This document shows, piece after piece, positions 6,947-16,468 of a stretch of 39,769 nucleotides of DNA (positions are counted from its first letter, which is position 1; each line of letters opens with the position of its first letter). The notes under the pieces are model-generated. The model saw only the letters and a program-made list of their open reading frames with translations, had not been told where the DNA came from and searched no databases. A program made the translations under genes and the position numbers. The stretch comes from a virus: positions 1 through 39,769 of IMG/VR virus record IMGVR_UViG_3300012922_000004; one strand, 5' to 3'.

Positions 6947-8352
6947 GCGTCGAGTTACCGCACGACTTCACGCCGCGGGAATATCAGCGGCCGTTCATGC
7001 GGCATTTCATCGGGAACAAGCACGATGGTTCGGGCAGGCGGGCGGCGTGGGTGGTTCACCGCCGTGGCGGCAAAGACCTGGCCGGAATGCATGTGCTCAA
7101 TGTCTGCGCCCACCGGAGGACGGGGGCTTACTGGCACACCTTCCCGAGCTTTGAACAGGGCCGTAAGGCGATTTGGGAAGGATTCACGAAAGACGGGAAG
7201 CGGATCATCGACAACGTATTCCCCGCCCCGCTGATCAAGAGCCGCGATAACCAGCAGATGATGATCGAGCTCAGGTGCGGGTCGATCTACCGGATGATCG
7301 GCATGGACCGCATCGAGACGGTGGGCGCTGGACCTGTCGGTGTTCTGCACTCCGAGTACAGCATCGCGAAGCCAAAGGGCGCGGACCTGATCGCCCCGAT
7401 GTTGAGAGAGAACAACGGCTGGGAAGCGTACGTGTACACTCCTCGCGGGAACAACCACGGGAAGCGACTGTTTGACGCCTTCACCCGACTATCGAACCAA
7501 GGCAATCCAGCGTACTTCGCTGAGTTGCTCACCCTGTACGATACGCGTGCGTACGACCCGGATCTGACGCTCAAGGAGGAGCGCGAGCGCGGGCGCCCGG
7601 AAGCACTGATCCAGCAGGAATATCTCTGCGACTGGACGGCGGCGGATGTCGGGTCGGTGTTCGGGGATCTGGTTCCGGAGGCGTGCGAGTTCGAGCATCC
7701 TGCAGACGGGGTCTACACGTCTTGGGACTTAGGCGTGTCCGACGCCACCGCGATTTGGTTCTGGCGACTCGCCGGCGATGGGGTGGACTTCATCGACCAC
7801 TACGAGGCGACCGGGCAGCATGCTCAGCACTTCATCGACGTAATCGAAGGCAAGCCGTACAAGTACGTGCGGCACTATCTCCCCCACGACGGGCGCAATC
7901 GAACATGGGTAACGCAGGTGACAGCGCTGGATACTCTGGATGCGCGCTGGCCTGGTAAGGTGGAAGTGCTTCCGCAGGAAAGCCTGACCAACGGGATCGA
8001 GGCCGGGCGCTGGCTGTTGCAGCGGAAGACGCGGTTTCACTCGCGAGCTACGGCCGGAGTGGATGCGCTGAAGGCGTATCACTACGAGTGGGACGAAGAT
8101 CGCAAGGTGTTGGCGCGATTGCCGATGCATGATTGGTCGTCGCATACGGCTGACGCGTTCAGATATGCCGCCTCGGTCGTCAAATTCACAGGCTTGGTCG
8201 ACGCACCCAAGGCATCTGAACCGGAGCGGGTGCCGGGCGTGCCTCCTGGTGCCGCGTACGTCGATGAGCAAGGCCAGCCGCGCATCAACGTCACCTTCAA
8301 CGAACTGCGAACTGCGACGCTGCGACGCGCGAACAGGAGACAGAGGATATGA
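6943..8352 (+). CDS. terL: Terminase large subunit
   Basis: ATPase region VVHRRGGKDLAG. Nuclease motifs YLPHDG and HDWSSHTADAFRY. 469 aa from GTG 6943. Confidence 0.9.
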   Translation: MSVELPHDFTPREYQRPFMRHFIGNKHDGSGRRAAWVVHRRGGKDLAGMHVLNVCAHRRTGAYWHTFPSFEQGRKAIWEGFTKDGKRIIDNVFPAPLIKSRDNQQMMIELRCGSIYRMIGMDRIETVGAGPVGVLHSEYSIAKPKGADLIAPMLRENNGWEAYVYTPRGNNHGKRLFDAFTRLSNQGNPAYFAELLTLYDTRAYDPDLTLKEERERGRPEALIQQEYLCDWTAADVGSVFGDLVPEACEFEHPADGVYTSWDLGVSDATAIWFWRLAGDGVDFIDHYEATGQHAQHFIDVIEGKPYKYVRHYLPHDGRNRTWVTQVTALDTLDARWPGKVEVLPQESLTNGIEAGRWLLQRKTRFHSRATAGVDALKAYHYEWDEDRKVLARLPMHDWSSHTADAFRYAASVVKFTGLVDAPKASEPERVPGVPPGAAYVDEQGQPRINVTFNELRTATLRRANRRQRI

Positions 8353-8597
8353 AGCTTACGACAGCGGCGCGGAATGCATTGCCGAGTTCGGCGTTCGTCT
8401 TCCCGGCGCAGCGCGCCTATCCAATCCACGATGAAAATCATGCCCGCGATGCGCTCGCGAGAGTCGCGCAGAACGGCTCGCCGTCAGAGAAGGCGAAGGT
8501 GCGCGCGGCAGTGAAGAAGCGCTATCCGGGCATCGACTCGGGCGACTCCGGTGGCGTGCACGCCAACGCGGCACCGATGGCGAAGAGGCCGATGTGA
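8349..8597 (+). CDS. Conserved small phage protein of unknown function
   Basis: ALPSSAFVFPAQRAYPIHDENHARDALARVAQNGS is a pattern I recall from a widespread phage DUF. ATGA overlap. Confidence 0.55.
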   Translation: MKLTTAARNALPSSAFVFPAQRAYPIHDENHARDALARVAQNGSPSEKAKVRAAVKKRYPGIDSGDSGGVHANAAPMAKRPM

Positions 8598-8839
8598 TCT
8601 CTGTCGACTTGCCGGCCACGCTTGAGTGCGACTTCGAGAAGGGTTGCACCGAAGCGCTGTCGGTCAAGCTGGTCCTCAACGCTGGCGGGACGCTCGCCCC
8701 GCGGTTGCCTACCGGCAACGGCTGGCAGATCGGAGTGTCGCAGATCGGCATCTTCCTGACCCGCTGCCCGCAGCATCATCAACTTCTTGAGGAACCGACC
8801 GCACCGCGCCTCGGTGACTTGCGGATCGCCAAGCACTGA
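8594..8839 (+). CDS. Hypothetical protein (GTG start)
   Basis: GTGA overlap with the upstream gene. 81 aa. Confidence 0.45.
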   Translation: MISVDLPATLECDFEKGCTEALSVKLVLNAGGTLAPRLPTGNGWQIGVSQIGIFLTRCPQHHQLLEEPTAPRLGDLRIAKH

Positions 8840-9099
8840 TGGCCACCGACAACGGCAAGAGCCCGATCTGGAATCTCGTGCTGGTCCAGTGCAATAGCTG
8901 CGGCCGACTCGCTCAGGCTGCGTTCCGTACGCACCGGGAGGGTCCCGGCATCATGTACGGCAACGGTGGCGAGGGCATCCGATGGGGACAAGGACAGGAC
9001 CTTGAATGGCGCGAGCACGGAGTGCCGCTCAATGGCTGGCTTTTGCCCTACGCATCCGACAACAAGGCGCCGACCGCATTTTGCGGTGATTGCCGCTGA
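8839..9099 (+). CDS. Hypothetical CxxC...CxxC protein
   Basis: CNSCG...CGDC. TGATG junctions with both neighbours. Confidence 0.45.
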   Translation: MATDNGKSPIWNLVLVQCNSCGRLAQAAFRTHREGPGIMYGNGGEGIRWGQGQDLEWREHGVPLNGWLLPYASDNKAPTAFCGDCR

Positions 9100-11099
9100 T
9101 GGCCGACCAGTCTGCCGCGAACGAGCTCGAGCCGCCGGCCGGGTCGCTGGAGGCGTCCGCGAAGCGTTGGCAGCAGGAGTTCAAGGCGGCGAAGGAAGAG
9201 CTCAAGCCCTGGCACGACACGGCGGAGGACTGCGACCGGCGTTACCGAGACGAGCAGCGGACGAACGATGAGGGTGATACGCTGAACCTCTACGCCGCCG
9301 GCATCGACCTGAAGGAAGCCACGCTTCCTAGCGACGCGCCGACGGTCGACGTGAAGCGCCGGTACAACGATCAGGACGACGACGACGCGCGCGTAGCGGC
9401 GGAACTGCTCGAGCGGCTGCTTAACGGCGACCTGCAGCGAGACGAGGAGGAGTTCCCGAGGGCCGTAGGATCCGCCAAGCAAGACTGGTTGATCGCGGGG
9501 CTGGGCGACGTCTGGTTCCGTTACGAGCAGTACGAGGACGAGGTTCCGGGCAAGGACGCGATCGTTGGAGCCGACGGGCAGGAGCAAGCCCCTGCCGTGC
9601 CCGCGTCGACGCAGGTCGCTGACGAGGACGTGTGCTGCGACTACGTGTACTGGAAGGACACGCTGCACTCTCCCTGTCGCGTCTTCTCCGACATGCGCTG
9701 GCGAGCGCGGCTGCGGCTGCTCAGCAAGAAGAGTTTCGAGAAGAAGTTCGGGACCGACGAAATGCCGCCGTTTGCGATTGGCGGTGCGGACGAGGACAAG
9801 CGCATCCCGAAGACACCGTGGGCGCGTGTTGGGGTGTGGGAGATCTGGGAGAAGGATCCGAAGTGCGTTTGGTTCCATGTAGTGGACCACCCGCGCATGC
9901 TGGTGCCGTTGGACGCCCGGGACGTTGCGAACCCCGACGGCAGCATTCCTGACCCGCTGGGTATCCCCGGCTTCTGGCCGTTCCCGGAACCGATCGTCGA
10001 CGGCGCGACGAACAGCAAGTTCGTCCCCCGGCCGAGCTACGCGAGGTCTCAAGACCAGTACCGCGCGATCGATGACGAGACGACGCGAATCGGCATCTTG
10101 CGCGACGCGGTATCGGTTCGCGGTGTGTATGACCAGACGGTAGGTGAGCTCGCCGGCCTGCTCGACAACAAGGCCGACAACAAGATGGTGCCGGCGACGA
10201 ACTACAAGGCGCTGGCGGAGAAGGGCGGGATCGCCGCCTGCGTCGCGTGGTTGCCGCTGGAGGCTATTACGGCAGCGCTGCAGGTGTTGCGCGATCTCCG
10301 GCGGGAAGACATTGAGCTCCTGTATCAGGTCGACGGGACCAGCGACATCATGCGCGGCCAGGCGTCGGACGCTGGCGCCACCGCAACCGAGCAGGCGATT
10401 AAAGCGAAGTACGGCAGCATCCGCGGGGACAAGTCGCAGAAGCGGTTTGCGCGTTTCTGCTCGGACGGCCAGCGTATTCGCGGCTACATCATCTGCAAGC
10501 ACTTCTCGCCTGAGACGATCGCACTGCGGGCCAACGCTCAGGGGTTGCCGCCGCAGGATCAAGAGCGCGTGCCGAACGCTCTCGCACTCCTGAAAAGCGA
10601 TGCTGGCCGGTTCCGCATCTCGGTCAAAGCCGAGTCGGTGAGTCTGACGGATTACGCAGCGAACAAGCAGGAGAGCATGGACGTGGTGGGGATGATCGGC
10701 GGCTTCTTCCAGGCCGTAGCCCCGCTCGCGCAGTCGGCCCCGCAGCTCGGGCCCGCGATCCTGCAGCTATTGACGGTGTTCGTCTCCAGGGTGAAGGGCG
10801 GAGATGCGGCTGAGCCGATCCTTGACGATATGGTGAAGCAGGTCCAGGGGATGGCCCAGCAGGCGGCGCAACAGCAGGCGATGGCCGCTCAGCAAGGACC
10901 GCCGCCAGATCCGAAGATGCAGACCGAGCAGGTCAAGGCCGGGGCCGAGCAGTTCCGCGCTCGGGCCGACGTGCAGAAGACGGGCATGGAAATGCAGCAG
11001 GCGCAGGCGGAACACGCCATGGGGATGCAGAAACTCGAGGCCGAGGTGCGGGCCGACGCGCTGAAGCAAGCGCTCGGCGCGAGCGAGCCACAGCAATGA
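9099..11099 (+). CDS. Portal protein
   Basis: 666 aa, following TerL. Q/A/M-rich C-terminal coiled-coil (QQAAQQQAMAAQQ...) as in podovirus portals. High GC3. Confidence 0.75.
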   Translation: MADQSAANELEPPAGSLEASAKRWQQEFKAAKEELKPWHDTAEDCDRRYRDEQRTNDEGDTLNLYAAGIDLKEATLPSDAPTVDVKRRYNDQDDDDARVAAELLERLLNGDLQRDEEEFPRAVGSAKQDWLIAGLGDVWFRYEQYEDEVPGKDAIVGADGQEQAPAVPASTQVADEDVCCDYVYWKDTLHSPCRVFSDMRWRARLRLLSKKSFEKKFGTDEMPPFAIGGADEDKRIPKTPWARVGVWEIWEKDPKCVWFHVVDHPRMLVPLDARDVANPDGSIPDPLGIPGFWPFPEPIVDGATNSKFVPRPSYARSQDQYRAIDDETTRIGILRDAVSVRGVYDQTVGELAGLLDNKADNKMVPATNYKALAEKGGIAACVAWLPLEAITAALQVLRDLRREDIELLYQVDGTSDIMRGQASDAGATATEQAIKAKYGSIRGDKSQKRFARFCSDGQRIRGYIICKHFSPETIALRANAQGLPPQDQERVPNALALLKSDAGRFRISVKAESVSLTDYAANKQESMDVVGMIGGFFQAVAPLAQSAPQLGPAILQLLTVFVSRVKGGDAAEPILDDMVKQVQGMAQQAAQQQAMAAQQGPPPDPKMQTEQVKAGAEQFRARADVQKTGMEMQQAQAEHAMGMQKLEAEVRADALKQALGASEPQQ

Positions 11100-11311
11100 A
11101 CCCACTACTCGGCGCCATCCTCGGGCAGGCGCAACCGCCCGCCGCGCCACCACCGCAACCGCAGCAAGGCGGGAATCCGCTCGTGCAATTGCTGATGCAA
11201 CTCATCACCCGCAAGCCGAACCCGCAACCCAGCTCCTCGCCGAGCGTGTTCGATACCCGCGACGCGATGAACCAGCACAATCAGCAACTCGAACAGAGTC
11301 TCAAATACTGA
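11096..11311 (+). CDS. Hypothetical P/Q-rich small protein
   Basis: ATGA overlap with the portal stop. 71 aa. It ends 1 nt before the tRNA. Confidence 0.4.
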   Translation: MNPLLGAILGQAQPPAAPPPQPQQGGNPLVQLLMQLITRKPNPQPSSSPSVFDTRDAMNQHNQQLEQSLKY

Positions 11312-11383
11312 TGGCGGGTACCCAAGTGGCAAGGGGCGAGACTGTTAATCTCGAGGCCGTTGGTTCGAATCCAACCTCGCCAG
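11312..11383 (+). tRNA. tRNA-Asn (anticodon GUU)
   Basis: Hand-folded cloverleaf. Acceptor TGGCGGG pairs with CTCGCCA (one G-U). U8 present. D-loop AGTGGCA. Anticodon stem CGAGA/TCTCG with loop CTGTTAA. T-arm GTTGG-TTCGAAT-CCAAC. Discriminator G. U1-A72/G73 as in bacterial tRNA-Asn. CCA is not encoded. Confidence 0.9.
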
Positions 11384-11417
11384 ACTTGGCGCTGGGATCG
11401 CAGCGGGGAGCGCGGGG

Positions 11418-11753
11418 ATGAGGTTTCCAATCGAGCCAAGCTGCAAGCCGGTGGCACGCCCGAGAGGCAAAATACCGAAGGAACCGCCAGTCAGGACCAT
11501 GAACGACGGCGATCGTCTTTGGATTGAATTCGGTCCTGGCAATCGGCAGCGGTATCACGAGTGGAGGCTAAGGCGCGAGCAGCTTGAACGACATAAGCGC
11601 GTCGGGGCGTTGTGGCGTGAGTGGTGGGCTGTCTCGCAGAAATTGGCACGGCCGAACGCGTTGGAGAATAAGCGCGCCTTCGATGTGCGCCTCCGGGCGC
11701 ACTTGGCGGTCCTGAACAGAACCGCGCTTCGATCCCAGGGGGGGCCGGCATGA
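11418..11753 (+). CDS. Hypothetical protein (start uncertain; ATG 11499 also possible)
   Basis: 111-aa ORF with a basic, W-rich C-terminal half. Confidence 0.4.
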   Translation: MRFPIEPSCKPVARPRGKIPKEPPVRTMNDGDRLWIEFGPGNRQRYHEWRLRREQLERHKRVGALWREWWAVSQKLARPNALENKRAFDVRLRAHLAVLNRTALRSQGGPA

Positions 11754-11896
11754 CGCGAGCCGAGGCCCTCGAGGAACGACGGCTGCTGCTGGTCAGACTG
11801 AAACAACATAAGCGAGACGCGGCTTTGTACTACACGCTCAACGCCTTTCTTGGGGCGTGCAAGATCGGGGATCGGATGAAGAAGGCCCGGCGATGA
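11750..11896 (+). CDS. Hypothetical 48-aa protein
   Basis: Hand-translated: MTRAEALEERRLLLVRLKQHKRDAALYYTLNAFLGACKIGDRMKKARR. ATGA overlaps at both ends. Confidence 0.35.
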   Translation: MTRAEALEERRLLLVRLKQHKRDAALYYTLNAFLGACKIGDRMKKARR

Positions 11897-12330
11897 GTAC
11901 TGGTGCTGACGCCAAGACCATGCCCCAGACCAAGGCGTTCGACGAGGGGCACGAGCGCATCTTCGGCCGCAGTCGCAAGCCCGTTCGCGGGCGCTGGGTC
12001 TACCTGCCGGACGGCACCTCCGTATCGGCAGACGAGTACGTTCCGCCGTCGTCGGACGCGAGGCATGCGCCGGTAATGGTTGACCGCTTCATGGAAAACA
12101 CGGCCGCGCAGGACGGGACCGACATCGGCAGCCGAGCTAAGCGGCGCGAATACATGAAGCGCGAGCGCGTCGGGGATGCCTCGGACTACTCGAAAGAGTA
12201 CTTCGCCAAGCGCCGCGAGTCCCGCGATCGCGCACTGAGCGAGTCCACCGGTCGGACCGTCGCCGAGCTCGCAAAGGTCGACACACGTAATCTACCGAAC
12301 GCGGTGGAACACCTAAGGAGACAGAAATGA
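11893..12330 (+). CDS. Hypothetical protein (145 aa)
   Basis: Internal ATG of ORF 11857-12330. Charged, with natural composition. Confidence 0.5.
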   Translation: MSTGADAKTMPQTKAFDEGHERIFGRSRKPVRGRWVYLPDGTSVSADEYVPPSSDARHAPVMVDRFMENTAAQDGTDIGSRAKRREYMKRERVGDASDYSKEYFAKRRESRDRALSESTGRTVAELAKVDTRNLPNAVEHLRRQK

Positions 12331-12779
12331 AACGTAGTTTCATGGCGCTCGTAGCGCTCTTAGCGGTCTCCCTGCTCGAGGTGCACGTTCGCGACGCCCA
12401 CGCGCAGGCGGCATCCTCCGCTGCTCTTAGCGTCTGGGCGGTGTTTCACCAGCCGGTCGCAGCGACGCAGGCGACCATCAGCAAGGCCGCGGGCGGAACG
12501 ACGGTCAAGCACGTCGCCACGTCCCTCACTGTCTGCATCAGTGCGGTCGCCGCGCAGCCTGATATCATCTTCAACCTGCGCGATGGAGCGACCGGCGCCG
12601 GGACGATCGTGTGGACCGCACGCCTCGCGGCGCCGACAGTGGGCGATTCCAAATGCGTTGTGAGTCCGCCGCTGTACATCGTCGGATCGAGCAATACGGC
12701 GATGACACTGGAGAGTGCCGCCGCTCCGGCAGCGACCAACTTCGCTACCGTGTCCCTCTCCGGATACGACACCCTATGA
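12327..12779 (+). CDS. Secreted (Sec signal peptide) protein of unknown function
   Basis: AAGGAGA SD. MKRSFMALVALLAVSLLEVHVRDAHA-QA is a classic n/h/c signal with an AXA site. The mature part is Ala/Thr/Val-rich. Confidence 0.6.
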   Translation: MKRSFMALVALLAVSLLEVHVRDAHAQAASSAALSVWAVFHQPVAATQATISKAAGGTTVKHVATSLTVCISAVAAQPDIIFNLRDGATGAGTIVWTARLAAPTVGDSKCVVSPPLYIVGSSNTAMTLESAAAPAATNFATVSLSGYDTL

Positions 12780-13894
12780 TCGAAGAGATGACGCGCGACG
12801 TGGTCGCCGAGCAGTTCGCGAAGCTGGGCGGGTCGCTCGAAGGTACCGCAGAGCCCGCAGGAGACGCGGGCGACACGGACATAGCGGAGCCCGCATCTGA
12901 GCCAGAACGCGCGTCTCCGGGCACCGCCCGTGACGAGAAGGGCCGTTTCTCCGCAAAGGCCGCGGAAGCGCCCGGGGAGGCTGCAAAAGCGGCGGACCCC
13001 GGAACGCCTGTGGCCCAGGGAGCGGCTGCTGTGGCTGTGGCGCCCGCTACGGCTGCCGCTCCCGAATTGAAGCCGCCGCAGGACTGGCGCGCGGAGGCGC
13101 GAGCTGAGTTCGCCAAGCTGCCGCGTGTGGTCCAGGAAGAGGCGCTCCGGCTCCACGTGGAGACGAAGAAGGGCCTTCAGGACTTGGCCGAGGCACGGAA
13201 GGAAGCTGGAAGCTGGAAGGAAGCTACCGGCCCTTACGGTCATGTCTTCGGCGGCCAGCCACCGCAACAGGTCGTCGGCAACCTCCTGCGAACCTTCGCT
13301 GCGCTGCAGAGCGGACATCCGCAACAGCGAGCGGCCGTCATTGCGGACATCGTGCGCAGCTACATCGGCACCGACGAACAAGCCATCCGCATCTTGGCGT
13401 CGGCTCTTGACGGCCAGCCGGTTGCCCCCGGCCCGTCCGCCCAGCCAGCGTTGTCGCATGACCAGATTCGCCAGCTCGCGAGGCAGGAGTGGGAGACGGC
13501 GCAGCGGGGAGCGCAGAGCGATGCGGCGGTCAAGACGTGGAAGGACTTCGAGACGGCGAACGGTGAATTCCTGAACGAGCCTGGATTTCGCCAGCGGATC
13601 GCCATCGAACTTCAGGTCGCCATGGACAGTAAAGGCGGCCAGCCGACGAGAGAAGATATCCAGAGCGCTTACGATGCGGCCTGTCAGACGCATCCTGGAG
13701 TCGCCAAGATCATGAACCAGCGCAAGGAAGCGGAAGCGGTCGGGAAGGCGAATGCCTCGACCCAGACGCGCACCGCGGCAGCGATCGGGATCAAGAACGA
13801 GCCGGCTGTAGTCGGGTCGATGAACGAGCCGGCGAAGGATGTACGGGAAGAAGTCACACGGCAGTACGCGCGGCTTTCCAACAAGCGCCGCTAG
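12776..13894 (+). CDS. Scaffolding protein (positional call)
   Basis: 372 aa. Acidic, Ala/Glu/Gln-rich and helical-looking. It lies immediately upstream of the major capsid gene. Confidence 0.55.
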   Translation: MIEEMTRDVVAEQFAKLGGSLEGTAEPAGDAGDTDIAEPASEPERASPGTARDEKGRFSAKAAEAPGEAAKAADPGTPVAQGAAAVAVAPATAAAPELKPPQDWRAEARAEFAKLPRVVQEEALRLHVETKKGLQDLAEARKEAGSWKEATGPYGHVFGGQPPQQVVGNLLRTFAALQSGHPQQRAAVIADIVRSYIGTDEQAIRILASALDGQPVAPGPSAQPALSHDQIRQLARQEWETAQRGAQSDAAVKTWKDFETANGEFLNEPGFRQRIAIELQVAMDSKGGQPTREDIQSAYDAACQTHPGVAKIMNQRKEAEAVGKANASTQTRTAAAIGIKNEPAVVGSMNEPAKDVREEVTRQYARLSNKRR

Positions 13895-14024
13895 GGGACG
13901 ATCCCGAAAGGGAATCCCAACCAAGGCAGTGCCCCTCACCGCTGTGCGGGGCGTGAGCGAACGACGGTGGTCGTTGACGCGCAAAAGCCAGCGGATCTGA
14001 ACACCACACACACTGAGGGATCAC

Positions 14025-14993
14025 ATGCCGAATCCGAACGTCGGCGACCTGGTTGCGTCCACGATCAAGGCGCAGAACAGGAAGTTCGCCGACAACTTCA
14101 CCAACAACAACGCCGCGCTTTTCTGGATGCAGAAGCGCGGGAGCATCAAGCCGCTTGATGGCGGCGAGCAGATCCGCGAGGAACTGGCGTACGCCGCTAA
14201 CGGCAACGCAACCTCATTCGACGGATATGACACGCTGCCGACCGGGCAGCAGGCCGTGTTCGACGCAGCGGATTACCAGTGGAAGCAGTACGCCGTTTCG
14301 ATCACCATCTCGGGCCGCGAGAAGCGTCAGAACAACGGCAGCCCGTGGAAGATGATCGACCTGGTCACCTCCAGGATCAACAACGCGCGCGGGTCGCTCA
14401 AGAACCGCTGGTGTACCGACTTCTACCTCGACGGCACCGGCAACAACGGCAAGAACCTGACTGGCTTGAACCTGCAGGTTCCGACGGATCCGACCACTGG
14501 CACCGTCGGCGGGATCAACCGGGCGAACTTCACCTTCTTCCGTTCGCAGATCAAGACGGTCACGTTCGCGCAGGCGACCATCATCGCGAATATGAACCTG
14601 CTCTGGGTTGCGACCGTCAGAGGGACGGACAAGCCGCAGGCGATCTTGAGCGAGAACGTCGGGTACACCACGTACCTGTCGGCGTTGCAGGCGAACATCC
14701 GGTTCGTTGACGACGACACCGCGGACGCGGGCTTCGAGAACGTCAAGTTCAACTCAGCGCCCGTCATCCTCGATGGCGGCATTGGCGGAGCCTGCCCGGC
14801 CTCGCAGATGTTCTTCCTTAACTTCGACTACCTCTACTGGCGGCCGCACACGGAGTTGAACTTCGCCAGCATGGACGAGGACGAGGACGGACGGCAGCCG
14901 GTCAACCAGGACGCCACGATCAAGTTCCTTGGACTTCAGGGGAACGTCACCTCTTCCGGCCTGCAGTTCCAGGGCCGCTTCAACGGGAGCTAA
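14025..14993 (+). CDS. Major capsid protein
   Basis: 322 aa with a GAGGGA SD. It follows the scaffold gene and precedes a decoration-like gene and a strong terminator. N/T/G-rich beta-type composition. Confidence 0.75.
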   Translation: MPNPNVGDLVASTIKAQNRKFADNFTNNNAALFWMQKRGSIKPLDGGEQIREELAYAANGNATSFDGYDTLPTGQQAVFDAADYQWKQYAVSITISGREKRQNNGSPWKMIDLVTSRINNARGSLKNRWCTDFYLDGTGNNGKNLTGLNLQVPTDPTTGTVGGINRANFTFFRSQIKTVTFAQATIIANMNLLWVATVRGTDKPQAILSENVGYTTYLSALQANIRFVDDDTADAGFENVKFNSAPVILDGGIGGACPASQMFFLNFDYLYWRPHTELNFASMDEDEDGRQPVNQDATIKFLGLQGNVTSSGLQFQGRFNGS

Positions 14994-14996
14994 CCG

Positions 14997-15500
14997 ATGG
15001 CCTCAACTTTCGTTTGGGTGGATGAGCGCATTGGCGCGGTGCCCGTCACGAACGTGGACACCACGCAGCAGCACGTACTGGGTGAGCGGCGCAAGGCGTA
15101 TGACGCGCTTGGCAACCTCGGAACGTGCGAGTTTGTCTACGTGAAGGGGGTGGCGTCTGGAGCGGCTGGTCTGCTCGCGACGTACATCCCGTTCACCGGC
15201 ACGACGGCGCTGACGGTAGCCCGCAGCAAGGGCCTCGTCGGTGTCTTCATGTCGGCGCTCGTGGCCGCTACCTTCGGCTGGCTGCAGATCAAGGGCCTGG
15301 CCGAGATCCAGGTTGCCACCGCTGTTGTGGCTGGCTCGACGGTCTATCTGACCGCGACGAGCGGCAAGGTGGACGACGCGGTGGTCGCGGGCGACATCGT
15401 CTACGGGGCAAACTTCGCCACCGCGGACGGCACGCCGATCGCCAACTGGGCACGTGTCTCGATCGCTGAGCCGTACGTGGGCGACACCGACAACGCGTAA
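14997..15500 (+). CDS. Capsid decoration/cement-like protein (DUF2190-like pattern)
   Basis: 167 aa. Repeated G..V...AG..VY motifs: VVAGSTVYLTATSGKVDD and VVAGDIVYGA. Confidence 0.45.
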   Translation: MASTFVWVDERIGAVPVTNVDTTQQHVLGERRKAYDALGNLGTCEFVYVKGVASGAAGLLATYIPFTGTTALTVARSKGLVGVFMSALVAATFGWLQIKGLAEIQVATAVVAGSTVYLTATSGKVDDAVVAGDIVYGANFATADGTPIANWARVSIAEPYVGDTDNA

Positions 15501-15526
15501 TCAGCGCGGTCGGGCAATACCAAATC

Positions 15527-15560
15527 GGGCGGCCTCAGTGATGGGGCCGCCCTTCTCTCT
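15527..15560 (+). terminator. Intrinsic terminator after the capsid genes
   Basis: Stem GGGCGGCC (15527-15534) pairs with GGCCGCCC (15545-15552), then TTCTCTCT. Confidence 0.7.
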
Positions 15561-15570
15561 GGAGGCAACG

Positions 15571-16194
15571 ATGCCGAGGCGTGAACGCGACAAGAACCTC
15601 TTCGTCAAGTTCGAATCGAGGGCTGTGCTCAACGAGATCAAGAGCTACGGTGCCGAGATCCGAAACAACGACGGGGAGCTTATCGAGACGATCAAGGGCG
15701 CCGATCGCCCCATCGTCGACAACGTCGACTATGTCCACATCGAGATCCCTGGCGACCGCGGCTGCATCGCCGAGCGCCCCGTCACGGCCTGCGACAAGAA
15801 GTTGCTCGCGACCGGCGTCGACCTCAGCAGGTTCCAGACGTGCCGCGCACGCAAAGGCCTCGACGATCAGCCGATGGTCGATGAGTGCGACGTGCATCGC
15901 TTCTTCGACGAGTACGCCGCCTTCAAGTCTGGGCAGGAGGCTGCGCCGGATGGGACCGCGCTCAAGGCGTGGCCGGGTATCGATCGGGCTTCCGTGGAAG
16001 AGCTGGCCTACTTCAAGGTCTATACGGTCGAGCAGCTCGCCGGCATGAACGATTCCAACGCGATGCCGTTCATTCAACTCCGAGAACGCGCCCGCGACTA
16101 CCTGAAGAAGGCGAAGGATGGCAATGACGCTGGACTCCTGAGGCGGATCCAGGAGCTGGAGGCCAAGCTGGCCGCCAAGGAGAAGAGGCCGTGA
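15571..16194 (+). CDS. Hypothetical virion-module protein (207 aa)
   Basis: GGAGG SD and ATG 15571. C-terminal coiled coil LLRRIQELEAKLAAKEK. Confidence 0.5.
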   Translation: MPRRERDKNLFVKFESRAVLNEIKSYGAEIRNNDGELIETIKGADRPIVDNVDYVHIEIPGDRGCIAERPVTACDKKLLATGVDLSRFQTCRARKGLDDQPMVDECDVHRFFDEYAAFKSGQEAAPDGTALKAWPGIDRASVEELAYFKVYTVEQLAGMNDSNAMPFIQLRERARDYLKKAKDGNDAGLLRRIQELEAKLAAKEKRP

Positions 16195-16460
16195 ACGCGA
16201 AATTTTCCATCGGGAAGCTGACGAGGGCGGACGGCGTAGTAGTTGACATTGAGATGGTCTCGCTCTCCGGCGGCCACATGGGCAAGGACGAGATGGTGCG
16301 TCCGGCCACGGACGACGATCGCTATCTCTATGCCGAGGAGTACGCCGAATTTCTCTCCCCTCCCTTGCCGCCCGCCTCCGATGGTGCATCAAGTTCTGCC
16401 GCTGTAGCGGGCGCGGATGCGGTTGGTGCGGGCGATATGCCTCCGCCCTCGGCTGGCTGA
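16191..16460 (+). CDS. Hypothetical protein (GTG start)
   Basis: GTGA overlap. 89 aa. Confidence 0.4.
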   Translation: MNAKFSIGKLTRADGVVVDIEMVSLSGGHMGKDEMVRPATDDDRYLYAEEYAEFLSPPLPPASDGASSSAAVAGADAVGAGDMPPPSAG

Positions 16461-16468
16461 GCGAGTAG

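Noticed and set aside
9048-10562. 504-aa minus-strand ORF antisense to the portal gene
   Set aside because: The composition is Arg/Leu/Val/Pro-rich with no motifs and low GC3. This is the typical antisense open frame of a high-G+C coding region. The plus-strand portal frame has natural composition and high GC3.
12446-14011. 521-aa minus-strand ORF antisense to the secreted-protein and scaffold genes
   Set aside because: It has the same antisense signature: R/L/A/G-rich, no SD, and it crosses two well-supported plus-strand genes with coupled starts.
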